Source of the DNA: Hyalangium minutum
GTDB taxonomy: Bacteria; Myxococcota; Myxococcia; Myxococcales; Myxococcaceae
Reading direction: 5' to 3'
NCBI RefSeq assembly: GCF_000737315.1
Contig: NZ_JMCB01000019.1
Span: forward strand, 173,596-237,595
DNA: 64,000 nucleotides
Shown here: piece by piece, positions 47,801 through 57,288 of the stretch
How positions within the stretch are numbered: position 1 is the stretch's first letter
Layout of the letters: each line of letters opens with the position of its first letter
Program-made: the position numbers and the translations under genes
Notes under the pieces: generated by a model
Seen by the model: the letters and a program-made list of their open reading frames with translations, nothing else
What the model was told of the DNA's origin: nothing
Database searches by the model: none

Positions 47801-48512
47801 CAATCCAGAGCGTGCCATCCCGCGCCAGCATCAGGCCGGCCACGCGCGGCGCATCGGTCCCGGGCAGCGGGGTGAGCACCACCGAATCTCCCTTGACGCG
47901 GACCAGGCCCTTCGCCGTGCCGCCCCACACGCCCCCCTCCCCATCCGGGACGAGCGCCCAGACCGCTCCACCGGGAATCCCGTCGCGCGCCGTGTAGCGC
48001 CGCAGGGGCGCGCCGCCGGAGGTCGGTACCCGCACCAGCTCCTCAGCCGCCCCGACCCACACGGAGGTGCTGTCCGCCGCGAGCCCCAGGATGGGCTGCA
48101 CATCCAGCCCATCCACGCCGGGCACCTGCCGGAGCTGGCCTTTCTCATAGCGAAGAAGACCCAAACCCGTGCCCACCCAGAGCACCCCGGACCCGTCCGT
48201 CACCAGCGACGAGATGGACACGGCCTGCATCTTGGGGGTGTTTTTCCGATCGAAGACGGAGAAGCGCGCGCCATCGAACCGGGCGAGCCCCTCGAAAGTG
48301 CCGAACCACAGGTAGCCGTCGGGCGTCTCCGCGCAGGCCAGTCCCGAGAGCTGCGGCAAGCCACTCTCGCTGCGCCAAGCCTGGTGGTTGTACTGGGAGA
48401 TGCGCCGATCCGCCTCCAGCGCCCAGGCCGCTGTGGCGGCGCCCCACACCACGAGCACCGCGAGCCTCAGCAGGCCTCCCCACCGGTCTCGCCGTTGTGC
48501 GCGCACTCCCAT
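44883..48512 (-). CDS. Hybrid sensor histidine kinase (beta-propeller / Y_Y_Y / HisKA / HATPase / REC)
   Basis: Repeated DG.LWVGT propeller blades; TM helix; LAAGVGHEINNPL; QVFLNLIINA; GTGLGL; LLVVDDD...DLMMP. Confidence 0.95.
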   Translation of the reverse strand: MGVRAQRRDRWGGLLRLAVLVVWGAATAAWALEADRRISQYNHQAWRSESGLPQLSGLACAETPDGYLWFGTFEGLARFDGARFSVFDRKNTPKMQAVSISSLVTDGSGVLWVGTGLGLLRYEKGQLRQVPGVDGLDVQPILGLAADSTSVWVGAAEELVRVPTSGGAPLRRYTARDGIPGGAVWALVPDGEGGVWGGTAKGLVRVKGDSVVLTPLPGTDAPRVAGLMLARDGTLWIGTTQGLYSLREGQFTVYGAEQGVPRFQIKALLEDRDGNLWVGTDNGLVRRGVTGFSPALAPQSLANEPILSLCEVSDGSVWVGTGRDGVHRLRSGPFLPVGEPEGATVISPTVVLDTKDGSLWWGSLRGGLERMKDGVITRMGPERGLEDERVRSLAESSDGTLWAGTYSGAYWFNGERFVRPKPELGFPPGATIWSMAPEPDGGMWFATSSGLVSLRNGRVTVYGREQGFTVEFIMPLLREDSGTIWYGTHSGLVRFSQGTFTRFTTHDGLAGNSVFSLFLDTDGALWVGTGTGLSRLKDGRFSSVTTAQGLPDNTVYSLLLDAQDFFWMSSNKGVARVSRGEVAEVMDGRREPVRGMLFDDRDGMRAGECNGGGQPAAWRARDKRFWFVGLQGVSGVRTEDARLRSPLPRPFIEEIRVHGQPVPSTDRLELAPGQQWVDFRFTVFEPHGAERVPLRYRLEGYDSGWVAAEERRIVSYSRLTPGTYHFEVTALGRDGRWVEPGARVDVTLRPWFHQTGWFYALCVLAACGVVMGGYAWRVSGLKERERWLQARVEERTRELDANLQELRATQAQLVQAGKMAAVGTLAAGVGHEINNPLSYIMSNLDHASGEVKELAREAGSQATLDRLRELEQVLREALMGADRVRRIVKDLKTFSRQDEETHGPVDLRAVMDSAAKMAAGELRPRAQLIREYAEDVPSVEGNEARLAQVFLNLIINAAHALPEGKPEENEVRLVLKRGGEAQVVAEVRDTGCGIPPEVMGRIFDPFFTTKPVGVGTGLGLALCHAFISSMSGRIEVESQVGKGTVFRVRLPGASRAAQQVALAPQVRSGATVRGRLLVVDDDPLVSSALRRTLSREHDVDVEESARQALERLTSSEGSSYDVILCDLMMPEMTGMELHAQLLAASPERARRMVFITGGAYTPAAKEFLETVRNPRVEKPFDSERLRALVREWVKEARQEARLHEGASRR
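44892..44919. terminator. Hairpin between convergent SOD and kinase genes
   Basis: GGAGGCTC (44892) / GAGCCTCC (44912) inverted repeat; no U-tract; lies in the last codons of the kinase gene. Confidence 0.3.
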
Positions 48513-48575
48513 GAAGCGCGCAGTGTCGCCTCGGATGGTCCCCAGGCAAAGAAAACCGGGAGGATCCTGATCACC

Positions 48576-50003
48576 TCACCGCAGACGGTAGACGGTGGTC
48601 TCGCCCTCCACGCCCTTGAGGAGGGCGCGCTCGCGCGTAGCGTTCAGCTCCGCGGCGCGGATGATGTCCTGGGCGCCCGGGGCGGCGTACACAGGCTCGG
48701 TGATGGCGATCTCGTCCGCGCCCGCCACGCCCTGCACGCGCGCGGCCACGTTCACCGTCTGGCCGAAGTAGTCCAGCCGCTCATTGAGCTCCACCGCGAT
48801 ACAGGGCCCCGTGTGCAGCCCCACTTTGAGCTGCAACTGAGCGCCCTCGCGGCTCACCCGCCGCACCTCGCGCGTCATGGCCGTGGCCGCCTCCAGCGCG
48901 GGCGTGGGCTCCGCGAAGCTGGCCATCACCGCGTCTCCAATCGTCTTCACCATGGAGCCGCCCTGCTCGGCGATCAGGTCTCTCAGGACCCCGAAGTGCT
49001 CGCGCACCAGCCCGTAGGCGCGCATGTCGCCGATGCGCTCGTACAGCTCCGTGGAGCCCTTCAGGTCCGTGAAGAGCACCGTCATCGACTTGAACTCCAG
49101 GCCACCCTCGGAGGGGATGCTCTCGGCGCGGAACAGCTCGCGGAACGTCTGGTGCGTCACCAGCCGCTTGCCGCTGAAGTAGCGCCGCATCGTGGATCCC
49201 CGGGTCATCGACGGGATGTCACAGGACAGCTGGGACGAGGTGAACCAGAACTTCACCAGCGCCACCCGCGCGGCGTCCGGCGTCCGGTTGTGGATCGTCA
49301 GGGAGACCTCTCCGGCCCGGACCTTGACCAGGCCCGGCAGCATCCGGCCATCCATCAGCTCCGCGTCCACGGAGCTCACGCCCTCATCCGCGGAGACCTC
49401 CAGCTTGCAGTACACGTGGTGGATCGGAGCGGCCAGGAAGTAGATACGGCCCGCCTCCAGCCGTTGGGTGAAGCGGTGGACGCCTCCCGGGGGCAGCGAG
49501 ATGGACTCGAGGACGCTCTCGCCCAGGAGCTGCCGGATGTTCTCCGGCACGGTGCGGCTCTGGGAGAACATCAGCGCCAGCAGGTCCCTCTGGAGATCCA
49601 GGGAGTCGGGCTGGTGGAAGCGGATGCGGCGCACGGCGGGCGCCACGCTGAAGGCGACCTCCATGGTGTCGTCCTCGGTGCGGACGCTGACCCGGCACAT
49701 CTGACAGTCACGCTCCCGGCTCAGCGAGCGCAGCGCCGCAGGCGTCGTCAGGAAGGCGCCGCACCATGGGCACAGCAGGCCCCAGGTGAACTCCAGGATG
49801 CCGGCGTGAGTGGCGCGGAGAAACAGGTCGATGGCCTCGTTCTCCGGCACGCCCGCGTCCGCAGCGAAGTGGAGCGGGCTGGTGCGGAACAGCGCCTCCT
49901 CGGGAGCGGTGGTGATGAAGCGCGCGAAGCGGTCCACGGTTCCGGGGCGGAAGTGACGGTGGGCACGCAGCACTTCGATGCGGTTTTCGAGCGCAACGGA
50001 CAT
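48576..50003 (-). CDS. Class III adenylate/guanylate cyclase with DUF5939-like N-terminus
   Basis: VLFTDLKGST, VKTIGDAVM, LDYFGQTVNVAARV (Lys/Asp pair suggests ATP specificity); N-terminal CPWC...CQMC. Confidence 0.9.
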   Translation of the reverse strand: MSVALENRIEVLRAHRHFRPGTVDRFARFITTAPEEALFRTSPLHFAADAGVPENEAIDLFLRATHAGILEFTWGLLCPWCGAFLTTPAALRSLSRERDCQMCRVSVRTEDDTMEVAFSVAPAVRRIRFHQPDSLDLQRDLLALMFSQSRTVPENIRQLLGESVLESISLPPGGVHRFTQRLEAGRIYFLAAPIHHVYCKLEVSADEGVSSVDAELMDGRMLPGLVKVRAGEVSLTIHNRTPDAARVALVKFWFTSSQLSCDIPSMTRGSTMRRYFSGKRLVTHQTFRELFRAESIPSEGGLEFKSMTVLFTDLKGSTELYERIGDMRAYGLVREHFGVLRDLIAEQGGSMVKTIGDAVMASFAEPTPALEAATAMTREVRRVSREGAQLQLKVGLHTGPCIAVELNERLDYFGQTVNVAARVQGVAGADEIAITEPVYAAPGAQDIIRAAELNATRERALLKGVEGETTVYRLR

Positions 50004-50060
50004 GGCGGCGCCATGGTAACCGCCTGCCTTTTCCGCCGCATGGCTGCCCTGCGAGGGGGC

Positions 50061-51017
50061 TCAGGAGGGCTCGGATAGGTCCACGTCGGCCGAAGCTCCA
50101 GCCTCCTCGGCCTTGTTCCCTTCGCGGCTTCGGACCTCGTGAGCCGCTTGAGCACGGAGCCGGAGTGCTCCTCGCTCCGGGAGCCGCCGCTCCGCCTGCG
50201 CTGAGCCCCGGCCAACTTGACGCAGCGCAGCAATCCCTTCCTCGATCCGCCGGAATGCCTCCAGCCGCTCCGCAGTGGGCGAGGCCTGCATGGGGGCGGA
50301 AGGCGAGACAGCAGGCTCGACGACCTTCGACTGGGCGCGGGCGCGGCGCTCCAGGAAGGACAGGAGCCGCTGCCGGTGGGTGTCATGGTAGCGGCGAGGC
50401 TCGAAGGGCGTGGACTGCGACTCGATGAGGCGCAGCACCATCTCCACCTCCTGCTCGGAGGGGCGAGGCCCCATCACGTCCAGCTCCGGCAACGTGTCCT
50501 GGGCGATCTGATCTTCTGCGTAGTACAGCGAGGAGAGGCCAAGCCCCCGGCCAAAGGGCCTCACCACACACAGGTGTCCTCGGTGGCGCATGACCAGGCG
50601 CCCGAGGCCCACGCGGCCGGAGCGCCGCAGGGCTTCGACGAGCAGCGAGTATTGGCGCTCGGCCTCCACCTCTGGAACCAGGTGGTAGCTGGCCTCGAAG
50701 AAGCCGGGGTCGATCTCCTCCAGCTTCACGAAGTCCTCCAGCTCGATGGAGCGGCTGGACTTCGGATCGAACGCCTCCAACTCGCCAGAGGTGACTTCGA
50801 CATAGTGGCCAGGCCGCAGCTCGTATCCCTTCACCACACGCTCGAAGGGCACCTCCTGGCCATCCGCCGAGCACACGCGCTTCTGGCGGATGCGCGCGCC
50901 ATCCGCGTCGTGCAGTTGGTGGAACTTCACCGTGCGGGGCTCTACCGCAGCGTAGAGCCGTACTGGCACATGAACCAACCCGAAGCTCAGCGAGCCGACC
51001 CAGCAAGGACGTGACAT
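50061..51017 (-). CDS. ku: Ku protein (NHEJ)
   Basis: WVGSLSFGLVHVPVRLY, KFHQLH, VKGYE, EEIDP, YHDTHRQRL. Confidence 0.92.
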   Translation of the reverse strand: MSRPCWVGSLSFGLVHVPVRLYAAVEPRTVKFHQLHDADGARIRQKRVCSADGQEVPFERVVKGYELRPGHYVEVTSGELEAFDPKSSRSIELEDFVKLEEIDPGFFEASYHLVPEVEAERQYSLLVEALRRSGRVGLGRLVMRHRGHLCVVRPFGRGLGLSSLYYAEDQIAQDTLPELDVMGPRPSEQEVEMVLRLIESQSTPFEPRRYHDTHRQRLLSFLERRARAQSKVVEPAVSPSAPMQASPTAERLEAFRRIEEGIAALRQVGRGSAQAERRLPERGALRLRAQAAHEVRSREGNKAEEAGASADVDLSEPS

Positions 51018-51267
51018 CTGGGGCCTCCCGGCGTCCGTGCGCGGACCACCGGACTTAAAAGTCCGTCCCAGGGCCGGGAGCGACAAGGGCCGCCAGGCTC
51101 CCTGGCGGAGCGCCAGCCGGGGGGGCGTGCGAGGCCGAGCGTTGCATAACCGCCACCTGCCCCCGTCCCCCGGAAGAAGCGGCGTCGTGATGCTTGCCGC
51201 GCCTCAGGGCGCTGACTACGAGTCCGGCGCACCCTTACGCAGCGTCAGGAAAGGAAGAGACGTGGCT

Positions 51268-52092
51268 ATGCAGCGCACCCTGTCGGTAGTCCTGGGCCTC
51301 ACCCTCGCGATGAGCCTCAGCACCGGCTGCGCCAAGCAGCGCATCCGGGCAGAGAAGGCCGTGGCGGACATCCTGATCTCGGACGAGCAGGAGGAGCAGA
51401 TCGGCCTGCAGGTGAAGCAAGAGCTCGAGCAGAAGGAGAAGATCCAGTACGTCCAGGATCCGGCCATCGTGGAGTACGTGAACCGGATCGCCACGCCCAT
51501 CCTCCAGCAAGCCAACTCGGACCGGAAGGGCGTGAAGTGGAAGGTGAACGTCATCAACGACCCGAAGACGGTGAACGCCTTCGCCACGCCGGGCGGCTAC
51601 CTCTATGTGTACACGGGCCTGCTGCTGGCGGCGGACAACGAGGCCGAGGTGGCGGGAGTGCTGGCGCACGAGGCGGGCCACGTGGTGGGCCGGCACTCGG
51701 CGCGCGCCATGGTGAACGCGTACGGCCTGCAGGCGATTACGCAGCTGGCGCTGGGCAAGAACCCGGGCATGGCGTCGCAGATCGCCGCGGCGCTGGTGGG
51801 CCAAGGCGCGATGCTGGCTCACGGCCGCAGCGAGGAGACGGAGGCGGACGAGTACGGCGCCAAGTACGCGGCGGGAGCGAACTACGATCCGCGCGGCCTG
51901 ATCACCTTCTTCCAGAAGCTGCAGAAGCTGCAGGGTAACACGCCGGGAGTGCTCAAGTGGCTGAGCACGCACCCGACCAACGCCGACCGCATCAGCCACC
52001 TGGAGCAGGTCATCGCCCAGAAGGGGTACCGGGGCAGCGAGGTGGGCGCGGACCGGCTGGCGCCCATCAAGGCGAAGCTGGGCGGCAAGTAG
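51268..52092 (+). CDS. M48-family metalloprotease lipoprotein
   Basis: Lipobox STGC; VNAFATPGG; LAHEAGH; ETEADEYG; WLSTHP. Confidence 0.92.
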   Translation: MQRTLSVVLGLTLAMSLSTGCAKQRIRAEKAVADILISDEQEEQIGLQVKQELEQKEKIQYVQDPAIVEYVNRIATPILQQANSDRKGVKWKVNVINDPKTVNAFATPGGYLYVYTGLLLAADNEAEVAGVLAHEAGHVVGRHSARAMVNAYGLQAITQLALGKNPGMASQIAAALVGQGAMLAHGRSEETEADEYGAKYAAGANYDPRGLITFFQKLQKLQGNTPGVLKWLSTHPTNADRISHLEQVIAQKGYRGSEVGADRLAPIKAKLGGK

Positions 52093-52104
52093 AGAGGGGG
52101 CCGA

Positions 52105-52272
52105 CTAGTCCTCGAAGGGCTCGAAGTCGGCCTTCGTGGCGCCGCAGTCCGGGCAGAACCAGGTGTCCGGAATGTCCTCGAACGCAGTCCCGGGAGGGAT
52201 GCCCCCCTCTGGGTCTCCCTCGGCGGGATCGTAGATGTGATTGCACGCCAGGCACCGGTACTTTCGTTTCAT
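52105..52272 (-). CDS. Rubredoxin
   Basis: Translated by hand: [55 protein letters not shown]. Not in the ORF track. Confidence 0.95.
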   Translation of the reverse strand: MKRKYRCLACNHIYDPAEGDPEGGIPPGTAFEDIPDTWFCPDCGATKADFEPFED

Positions 52273-52327
52273 TCGGACGCTCCCTTCGGAGCGTCCATCT
52301 TAGCCGGTCGCCCGGGCCGTGGGCGCT

Positions 52328-53371
52328 TCAGTGAACCGTGGGAGGCAGCTCGGTGTTGGAGGGCTCGGGGGACTGGCCCCGGGCCACGCGCTTCTTCCAC
52401 CGCCAGAAGGCGTACCGCGTCTTGCGCGCGCTGCTGGCGCTCTTGGCCGCGCCCGGCGTCTTGAGCGGAGGCTCCAGCGGAGGCGCCTCGCCGGGCGCCC
52501 TCGCGCCCTTGGCCTTGGCTCGCGCATCCTTGGAGGCGTGCTCGAGGATGGCGTTCAGCTCGCCGCCGAGGATGAAGATGAGGCCGGTGATGTAGAGCCA
52601 CGTGAGCAGCACCACCACGCCGCCGATGGAGCCATACGTCACGTTGTACTTGCCGAAGTGCTCCACGTACTGGGTGAAGCCCCAGGTGCTCACCAGCCAC
52701 AGCCCGGTGCCGATGACGGAGCCCGGTGTGATGTACTTGAACCGCTGCTTCACGTCCGGCAGCACGTAGTAGCAGAGCGCCAGCATCAGCATCACCAGCG
52801 CAGCGGTGAAGGGCCAGCGCAGCCAGGACCAGACGACGTGGAACATGTCCACGAGCTGCAGACGCTGCGCGAGCCACTCCCCCAGCTTGCCGCCCAGGAG
52901 GAACAGGGCGAAGGAGATGGGGATGAGCAGCGTGCCCACCAGCGTCATGAGCATCGCCACCCCCTGCGTCTTCCAGAAGGGCCGGGACTCGGGCACGTCG
53001 TAGGCGAGGTTGAGCGCCTTGCGCAGCGCATCCACCCCACGCGAGGCCGACCACAGCGCCACCCCGAGACCCAGCGTGAGCAGCTTGGGGCGGGGTTGGT
53101 TCACCAGCGAGTCCAGGTGCTCCCTCACCAGCGACAGGGCATCGCCCGGCACCAGCGGGGCCACACGCGCGATCACGGCCTCCACCGCGCCCTGCGCGAA
53201 GGGCATGTACGCCGCCAACGTGACGACGAAGAAGAGCAGCGGGAAGAGCGAGAAGAGGAAGTAGTACGAGAGCTGCGCAGCGCAATCCGTGACGGTGTCC
53301 TCTTGGAACTCCTTCACCATGCGCCGGCCGAACTCGCGCCATGTCAGATATTTGAGCCGGAACAGCCGCAT
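52328..53371 (-). CDS. YihY / virulence factor BrkB family membrane protein
   Basis: AAQLSYYFLFSLFPLL, LWSASRG, YGSIGGVVVLLTWLY. Confidence 0.92.
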   Translation of the reverse strand: MRLFRLKYLTWREFGRRMVKEFQEDTVTDCAAQLSYYFLFSLFPLLFFVVTLAAYMPFAQGAVEAVIARVAPLVPGDALSLVREHLDSLVNQPRPKLLTLGLGVALWSASRGVDALRKALNLAYDVPESRPFWKTQGVAMLMTLVGTLLIPISFALFLLGGKLGEWLAQRLQLVDMFHVVWSWLRWPFTAALVMLMLALCYYVLPDVKQRFKYITPGSVIGTGLWLVSTWGFTQYVEHFGKYNVTYGSIGGVVVLLTWLYITGLIFILGGELNAILEHASKDARAKAKGARAPGEAPPLEPPLKTPGAAKSASSARKTRYAFWRWKKRVARGQSPEPSNTELPPTVH

Positions 53372-53455
53372 CCATCCCCCTTGGAAGAGAAAGGTGGGCA
53401 GCCAGGCAGTGGGTGGCAGCAGGCGGGCAGGCGAGCGCGCCCCCCGGTTCGTCTC

Positions 53456-54346
53456 CTAGACGACTTCTGGCGGCAGGTACTTGCCGATCAGGGGACGCAG
53501 GCGGGTGCGCACCTCGTTGGAGATGCGGCTGCGATCGGACCAGATCCCAAGCGCCAAGACGGAGTCGCAGTGGCACTGGACGGGCGCCGAGGCGATCCGT
53601 GAGAGGGAGCGGCGCAGGAGGCCCAGTGCGTTGGCGATGGCGACGCGGCGGTTCTGGAAGTGGGCGGTGTTCTGGGCCTCGGGCGCGGTGCTGAGCGGAG
53701 GCTGCCAGGAGTCATAATCGGTGGGCACGGCCACCAGCGCGTAGTGCAGCTCCGCCTCGCGGGCCAGCCGGGCCTCTGGCATCACCGTCATGCCGATCAG
53801 ATCTCCGCCCCAGGTGCGGTACATGCGGCTCTCGGCGCGGGTGCTGAGCGAGGGGCCTTCGATACATATATAGGTGGCCTGCGAGTGCACCTTCCCCGTG
53901 CTGCTTTCCTGGGCCACTTCGGAGAGCACGTGCCGCAGCGTCTCGCAGAAGGGCTCGGTCATCTCCACGTGCACCACCAGGTCGTCATAGAAGGTGCAGG
54001 GCCGCCGGTAGGTGCGGTCGATGACCTGATCCGGAATGACGAGGTGGTGCGGGTGGATGTGCTCGCGGAGGCTGCCCACCATGCCGCAGGCGAGGACGTG
54101 GGAGACGCCCAGCACCTTGAGGGCAAAGAGGTTGGCGCGGTAGGGCACGCGCGTGGGGCCGAGCATGTGCCCGGCACCGTGGCGATCCAGCAGGGCCACG
54201 GGGACGCCGTCGAGCTCCATGGTGAAGATGGGGCCCGAGGGCGGGCCGAAGGGCGTCTCGATCACGTGGGGCTCGGCCTGGCCCGCCACGCCCAGCGCTT
54301 CCAAGAGCCCGGAGCCTCCAATGATGCCGACTCGGCTGCCTGCCAT
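53456..54346 (-). CDS. mtnP: S-methyl-5'-thioadenosine phosphorylase
   Basis: GIIGGSGL, TPFGPPS, RHGAGH, YRANLFALK, EGPSLSTRAES, GMTVMPEARLARE. Confidence 0.92.
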   Translation of the reverse strand: MAGSRVGIIGGSGLLEALGVAGQAEPHVIETPFGPPSGPIFTMELDGVPVALLDRHGAGHMLGPTRVPYRANLFALKVLGVSHVLACGMVGSLREHIHPHHLVIPDQVIDRTYRRPCTFYDDLVVHVEMTEPFCETLRHVLSEVAQESSTGKVHSQATYICIEGPSLSTRAESRMYRTWGGDLIGMTVMPEARLAREAELHYALVAVPTDYDSWQPPLSTAPEAQNTAHFQNRRVAIANALGLLRRSLSRIASAPVQCHCDSVLALGIWSDRSRISNEVRTRLRPLIGKYLPPEVV

Positions 54347-54432
54347 GTGCGTCCTCCTCGGCGCGGGTGAGACGGGACGATAGCCCGGCCCTGGAGCAAG
54401 GGGTGGCAAAGACTGCTAACTTCTCGCGCGTC

Positions 54433-55230
54433 ATGCGTGCACCCTTGCTGCTGATCTTCACCCTGCTGGCTGGCCCCGCTCTCGCACAGGAGGCCGAGGC
54501 GCCGCCTCTCGGCTGCAAAGAAGACAACTCCGAGTGCAAGGAAGGCTGCACCATCGAGTACGGGAGCAGCACGCGCACCTACTCCCAACTGGGGACGTGT
54601 CTGCAGAAGTGCAAGCAGACGTACGACAAGTGCACGGCGCGCCACCTGGCGCTCCAGCAGCAGAAGAAGGACGGCATTGAGCCCCACCACGGTGGGCCCG
54701 AGATACCTCCGGAGCCCGGGGAGCCCAAGGGCTCGGCAGTGTCCAAGCCTGCGGCCAGGGACGAGTTCGGAGATTCCAGCGCGCCCAGCGAGCCCACGGG
54801 GCGCAAGGGGGTGTACCGGGCCTCCGAGTCGAAGAAGGTGGCGGAGCCGGAGGCAGAGCCCAAGCCGGGACCCAAGGCCGCGGAGAAGCCGGTGCCGCAG
54901 GAGGATCCCGCGGACGAGCTCGCCCGAGCCATGGATCCGGAGCCTGACACGAAGCCGGAGCCTGCGAAGAAGGGTGAGAAGACGGCGGGGAAGCCCGAGC
55001 CCACCGCGAAGCCCGGGTCCGAGAAGCCAGCGCCCGTGGACTCGGCCGCGACGGCAGCGAAGCCGGTGATTGACAAGGACGTCCCGGTACCGGCTGACTC
55101 GAAGGACGAACCTGCTCCGCAGCCCGAGCCGAAGCCTGCACCCAAGGCGCAGCCCAAGCCGGCCCCTGCTTCCACGAAGCCTCCGCCGCCCAAGCGGGAC
55201 ATCGACGACTGGGATCCGAACGGGAAGTAG
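54433..55230 (+). CDS. Exported hypothetical protein with a Cys-hairpin domain and Pro/Lys/Glu-rich tail
   Basis: Signal peptide; six spaced Cys; EPKP-type low-complexity tail. Confidence 0.65.
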   Translation: MRAPLLLIFTLLAGPALAQEAEAPPLGCKEDNSECKEGCTIEYGSSTRTYSQLGTCLQKCKQTYDKCTARHLALQQQKKDGIEPHHGGPEIPPEPGEPKGSAVSKPAARDEFGDSSAPSEPTGRKGVYRASESKKVAEPEAEPKPGPKAAEKPVPQEDPADELARAMDPEPDTKPEPAKKGEKTAGKPEPTAKPGSEKPAPVDSAATAAKPVIDKDVPVPADSKDEPAPQPEPKPAPKAQPKPAPASTKPPPPKRDIDDWDPNGK

Positions 55231-55244
55231 CTCTCTGGGGTGAC

Positions 55245-56213
55245 TCAGCGTCTGGAGTTCCGCCGGAGCCCGGCCAGTTGCTGCCGCGTCTCGGGAACGA
55301 AGTCGGTGATCACCCCGAGGCGCAGCTGGTGAGTTCGAGCGAGGCGAAGCGCCTGGCGTAGCGAGTGGCGCCGCCTGACGGGAACGCGCTCCCTCATGAC
55401 CCAGCAATTCACCCCCAACGGAGACGCCGCCTTCATTGCCGCGGACGTCAGGGTGTCGATCTCCGGATGGAGGAACTCCAGCCGGCCACCAACCTCCGCG
55501 ATCTGCTTCCGCACGTTCTCGATCTCGGCCGGAGTGAACGGCAAGTAGCGATCGCTCAGCTGGGGATCGGCCTCATAAACGAGGCCTCCCGCCTCCCGGT
55601 CCAAGTCGAACAGCATCCCGAGCCGAGCCGCGGGCAGAAGCCGCGCCAGCTCGACGAGATCCGACACGGCAAACGACGAGAACACGATGGCCTCCAGCGA
55701 CAGCCTGGAGTGCGCCGGCACCTGCTTCGCCAGCAACTCCACCAGAGAGGGGCGGCCCGGCGCCTGCTTCGGGGCCCGCGTGCCCTTCACATCCTTGATC
55801 TCGATATTCAGCACGAAGTCGCCCAGCCCCCGCCGAGCGCGCCACTCGGCAATGAGGTCCATCACCTCGGTCAGCGTCGGAATCGCGCTCTGGCGGCCGC
55901 GCAGTCCCGTGCGGAGCTGCCTCACCTCCTCCAACCTCAACTCCCCCATGAACCGGGCGGAGGGCGGAGCCACCAGGACGTGCTCCCGGAGCGCATTGGA
56001 GTGAGTCACCACCAGCGCATCATCCAGGGTCCGCAGCACGTCGATCTCGACGAAGTCCGCGCCGTGCTCGAACGCCTGGGCGATGGACTCCAGCGTGTTC
56101 TCCGGCGGCTTGCTTCCCCGGGCCCTGGATCGAGGAGATGCCGCCCGCGCGAAGGCCGAGTCCGTACACCCCGAGCCACGGTGCCCACCGAGTCGTATCC
56201 GCTCCATCTGCAC
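55245..56213 (-). CDS. Glycerophosphodiester phosphodiesterase family protein
   Basis: GGHRG, PENTLES, EIDV, VVTH, IPTLTEV, NIEIK, FSSF. Confidence 0.88.
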   Translation of the reverse strand: MQMERIRLGGHRGSGCTDSAFARAASPRSRARGSKPPENTLESIAQAFEHGADFVEIDVLRTLDDALVVTHSNALREHVLVAPPSARFMGELRLEEVRQLRTGLRGRQSAIPTLTEVMDLIAEWRARRGLGDFVLNIEIKDVKGTRAPKQAPGRPSLVELLAKQVPAHSRLSLEAIVFSSFAVSDLVELARLLPAARLGMLFDLDREAGGLVYEADPQLSDRYLPFTPAEIENVRKQIAEVGGRLEFLHPEIDTLTSAAMKAASPLGVNCWVMRERVPVRRRHSLRQALRLARTHQLRLGVITDFVPETRQQLAGLRRNSRR

Positions 56214-56231
56214 CCTCCTCTGGGGCGCCGC

Positions 56232-57251
56232 TCACTGCGCCAGCTGCCGGAGCGCCCACTGCGCGGCACTCCGTACCAGCTCGCTATCATCCTCGCTGAG
56301 CTTTTCCAGCAAGAGCCGGGCGTTCTCCTGCCTCGTGGCCCCGAGCGCATACACGGCATTGCGCCGCAGCCCATCGTATTGCGCCCGCGCGAGCGCTGTA
56401 CCCGGGATGAACGTCGCGTACTGCTCCTGGGTGAGCCCCGCCAGTTCCATCACCCCCAGGCCCGCCACGGCTCGAGGCGCAAAGCGCGGATGCTCCGCGA
56501 ACACCGGGCGCCGGTTGAGCGGGCACACGTCCTGGCAGATGTCGCAGCCGAAGACGAGGTTGTTCATCTCGACGCGGAAGGACTCGGGCACCTCGTGGTC
56601 CCGGTTCTCGATGGTCTGGTACGACAAGCATGCCCGCGCATTCACGCGCCCATTGCCCACGAGCGCGCCCGTGGGACACGACATCAGGCACTTGCGGCAG
56701 GAGCCACACCGGTCCGCCGCGGGCCCGTCCCCATATGCGTCCACCTCCGCGTCGAGAACCACTGTCGCCAGCAGCACCCACGAGCCGAAGCGCTCGGTGA
56801 TGAAGCAGCCGTTCTTCCCCACGTAGCCCAGGCCCGCGCGCGCCGCCCACACCTTCTCCATCAGCGGGCCGCTGTCCACGCTCCCGTAGGTGCCAATCCC
56901 GGGGTACTCGCCCTGGACGGCCTTGCGGAACGCCTTCATCCGGTCGCGCAGCGTCGAGTGGTAGTCCCGCCCCCGTGCGTACCGGGCAATCGGCGAGCCC
57001 TCCGTCTCCGCATCGTCCCGGTAGTAGTTGTTGGCGAACACCACCACCGTCTTCGCTCCGGGCAGAAGCTGGGTGACGTCGAGCCGCTCGGCGGCTCGCT
57101 CCTTCATCCAGTCCATGTCCGCCGCGTAGCCCGCCGCGATCCACTCGGTGAGAGCCTCGGGCGGAATCGGCGCCGCGCGGGCGAAGCCCACGAGGTCAAA
57201 GCCGACGGCGTCGGACAGCTGGCGCAGGTGGGCGGTGGGGAGCAGTTTCAC
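56232..57251 (-). CDS. queG: Epoxyqueuosine reductase
   Basis: ARYARGRDYH, VDSGPLMEK, GYVGKN, CGSCRKCLMSCPTGAL, FGCDICQDVCP. Confidence 0.95.
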   Translation of the reverse strand: MKLLPTAHLRQLSDAVGFDLVGFARAAPIPPEALTEWIAAGYAADMDWMKERAAERLDVTQLLPGAKTVVVFANNYYRDDAETEGSPIARYARGRDYHSTLRDRMKAFRKAVQGEYPGIGTYGSVDSGPLMEKVWAARAGLGYVGKNGCFITERFGSWVLLATVVLDAEVDAYGDGPAADRCGSCRKCLMSCPTGALVGNGRVNARACLSYQTIENRDHEVPESFRVEMNNLVFGCDICQDVCPLNRRPVFAEHPRFAPRAVAGLGVMELAGLTQEQYATFIPGTALARAQYDGLRRNAVYALGATRQENARLLLEKLSEDDSELVRSAAQWALRQLAQ

Positions 57252-57288
57252 GGCGCTTCTCTTCTACCGCTCCTCACGGCCGAGCGGG

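Noticed and set aside
50061-51017. Ku without ligD as a novelty
   Set aside because: Unlinked Ku paralogs are common; ligD may be elsewhere.
54433-55230. EPKP-rich tail as a DNA repeat element
   Set aside because: Low-complexity protein linker with imperfect nucleotide repeats only.
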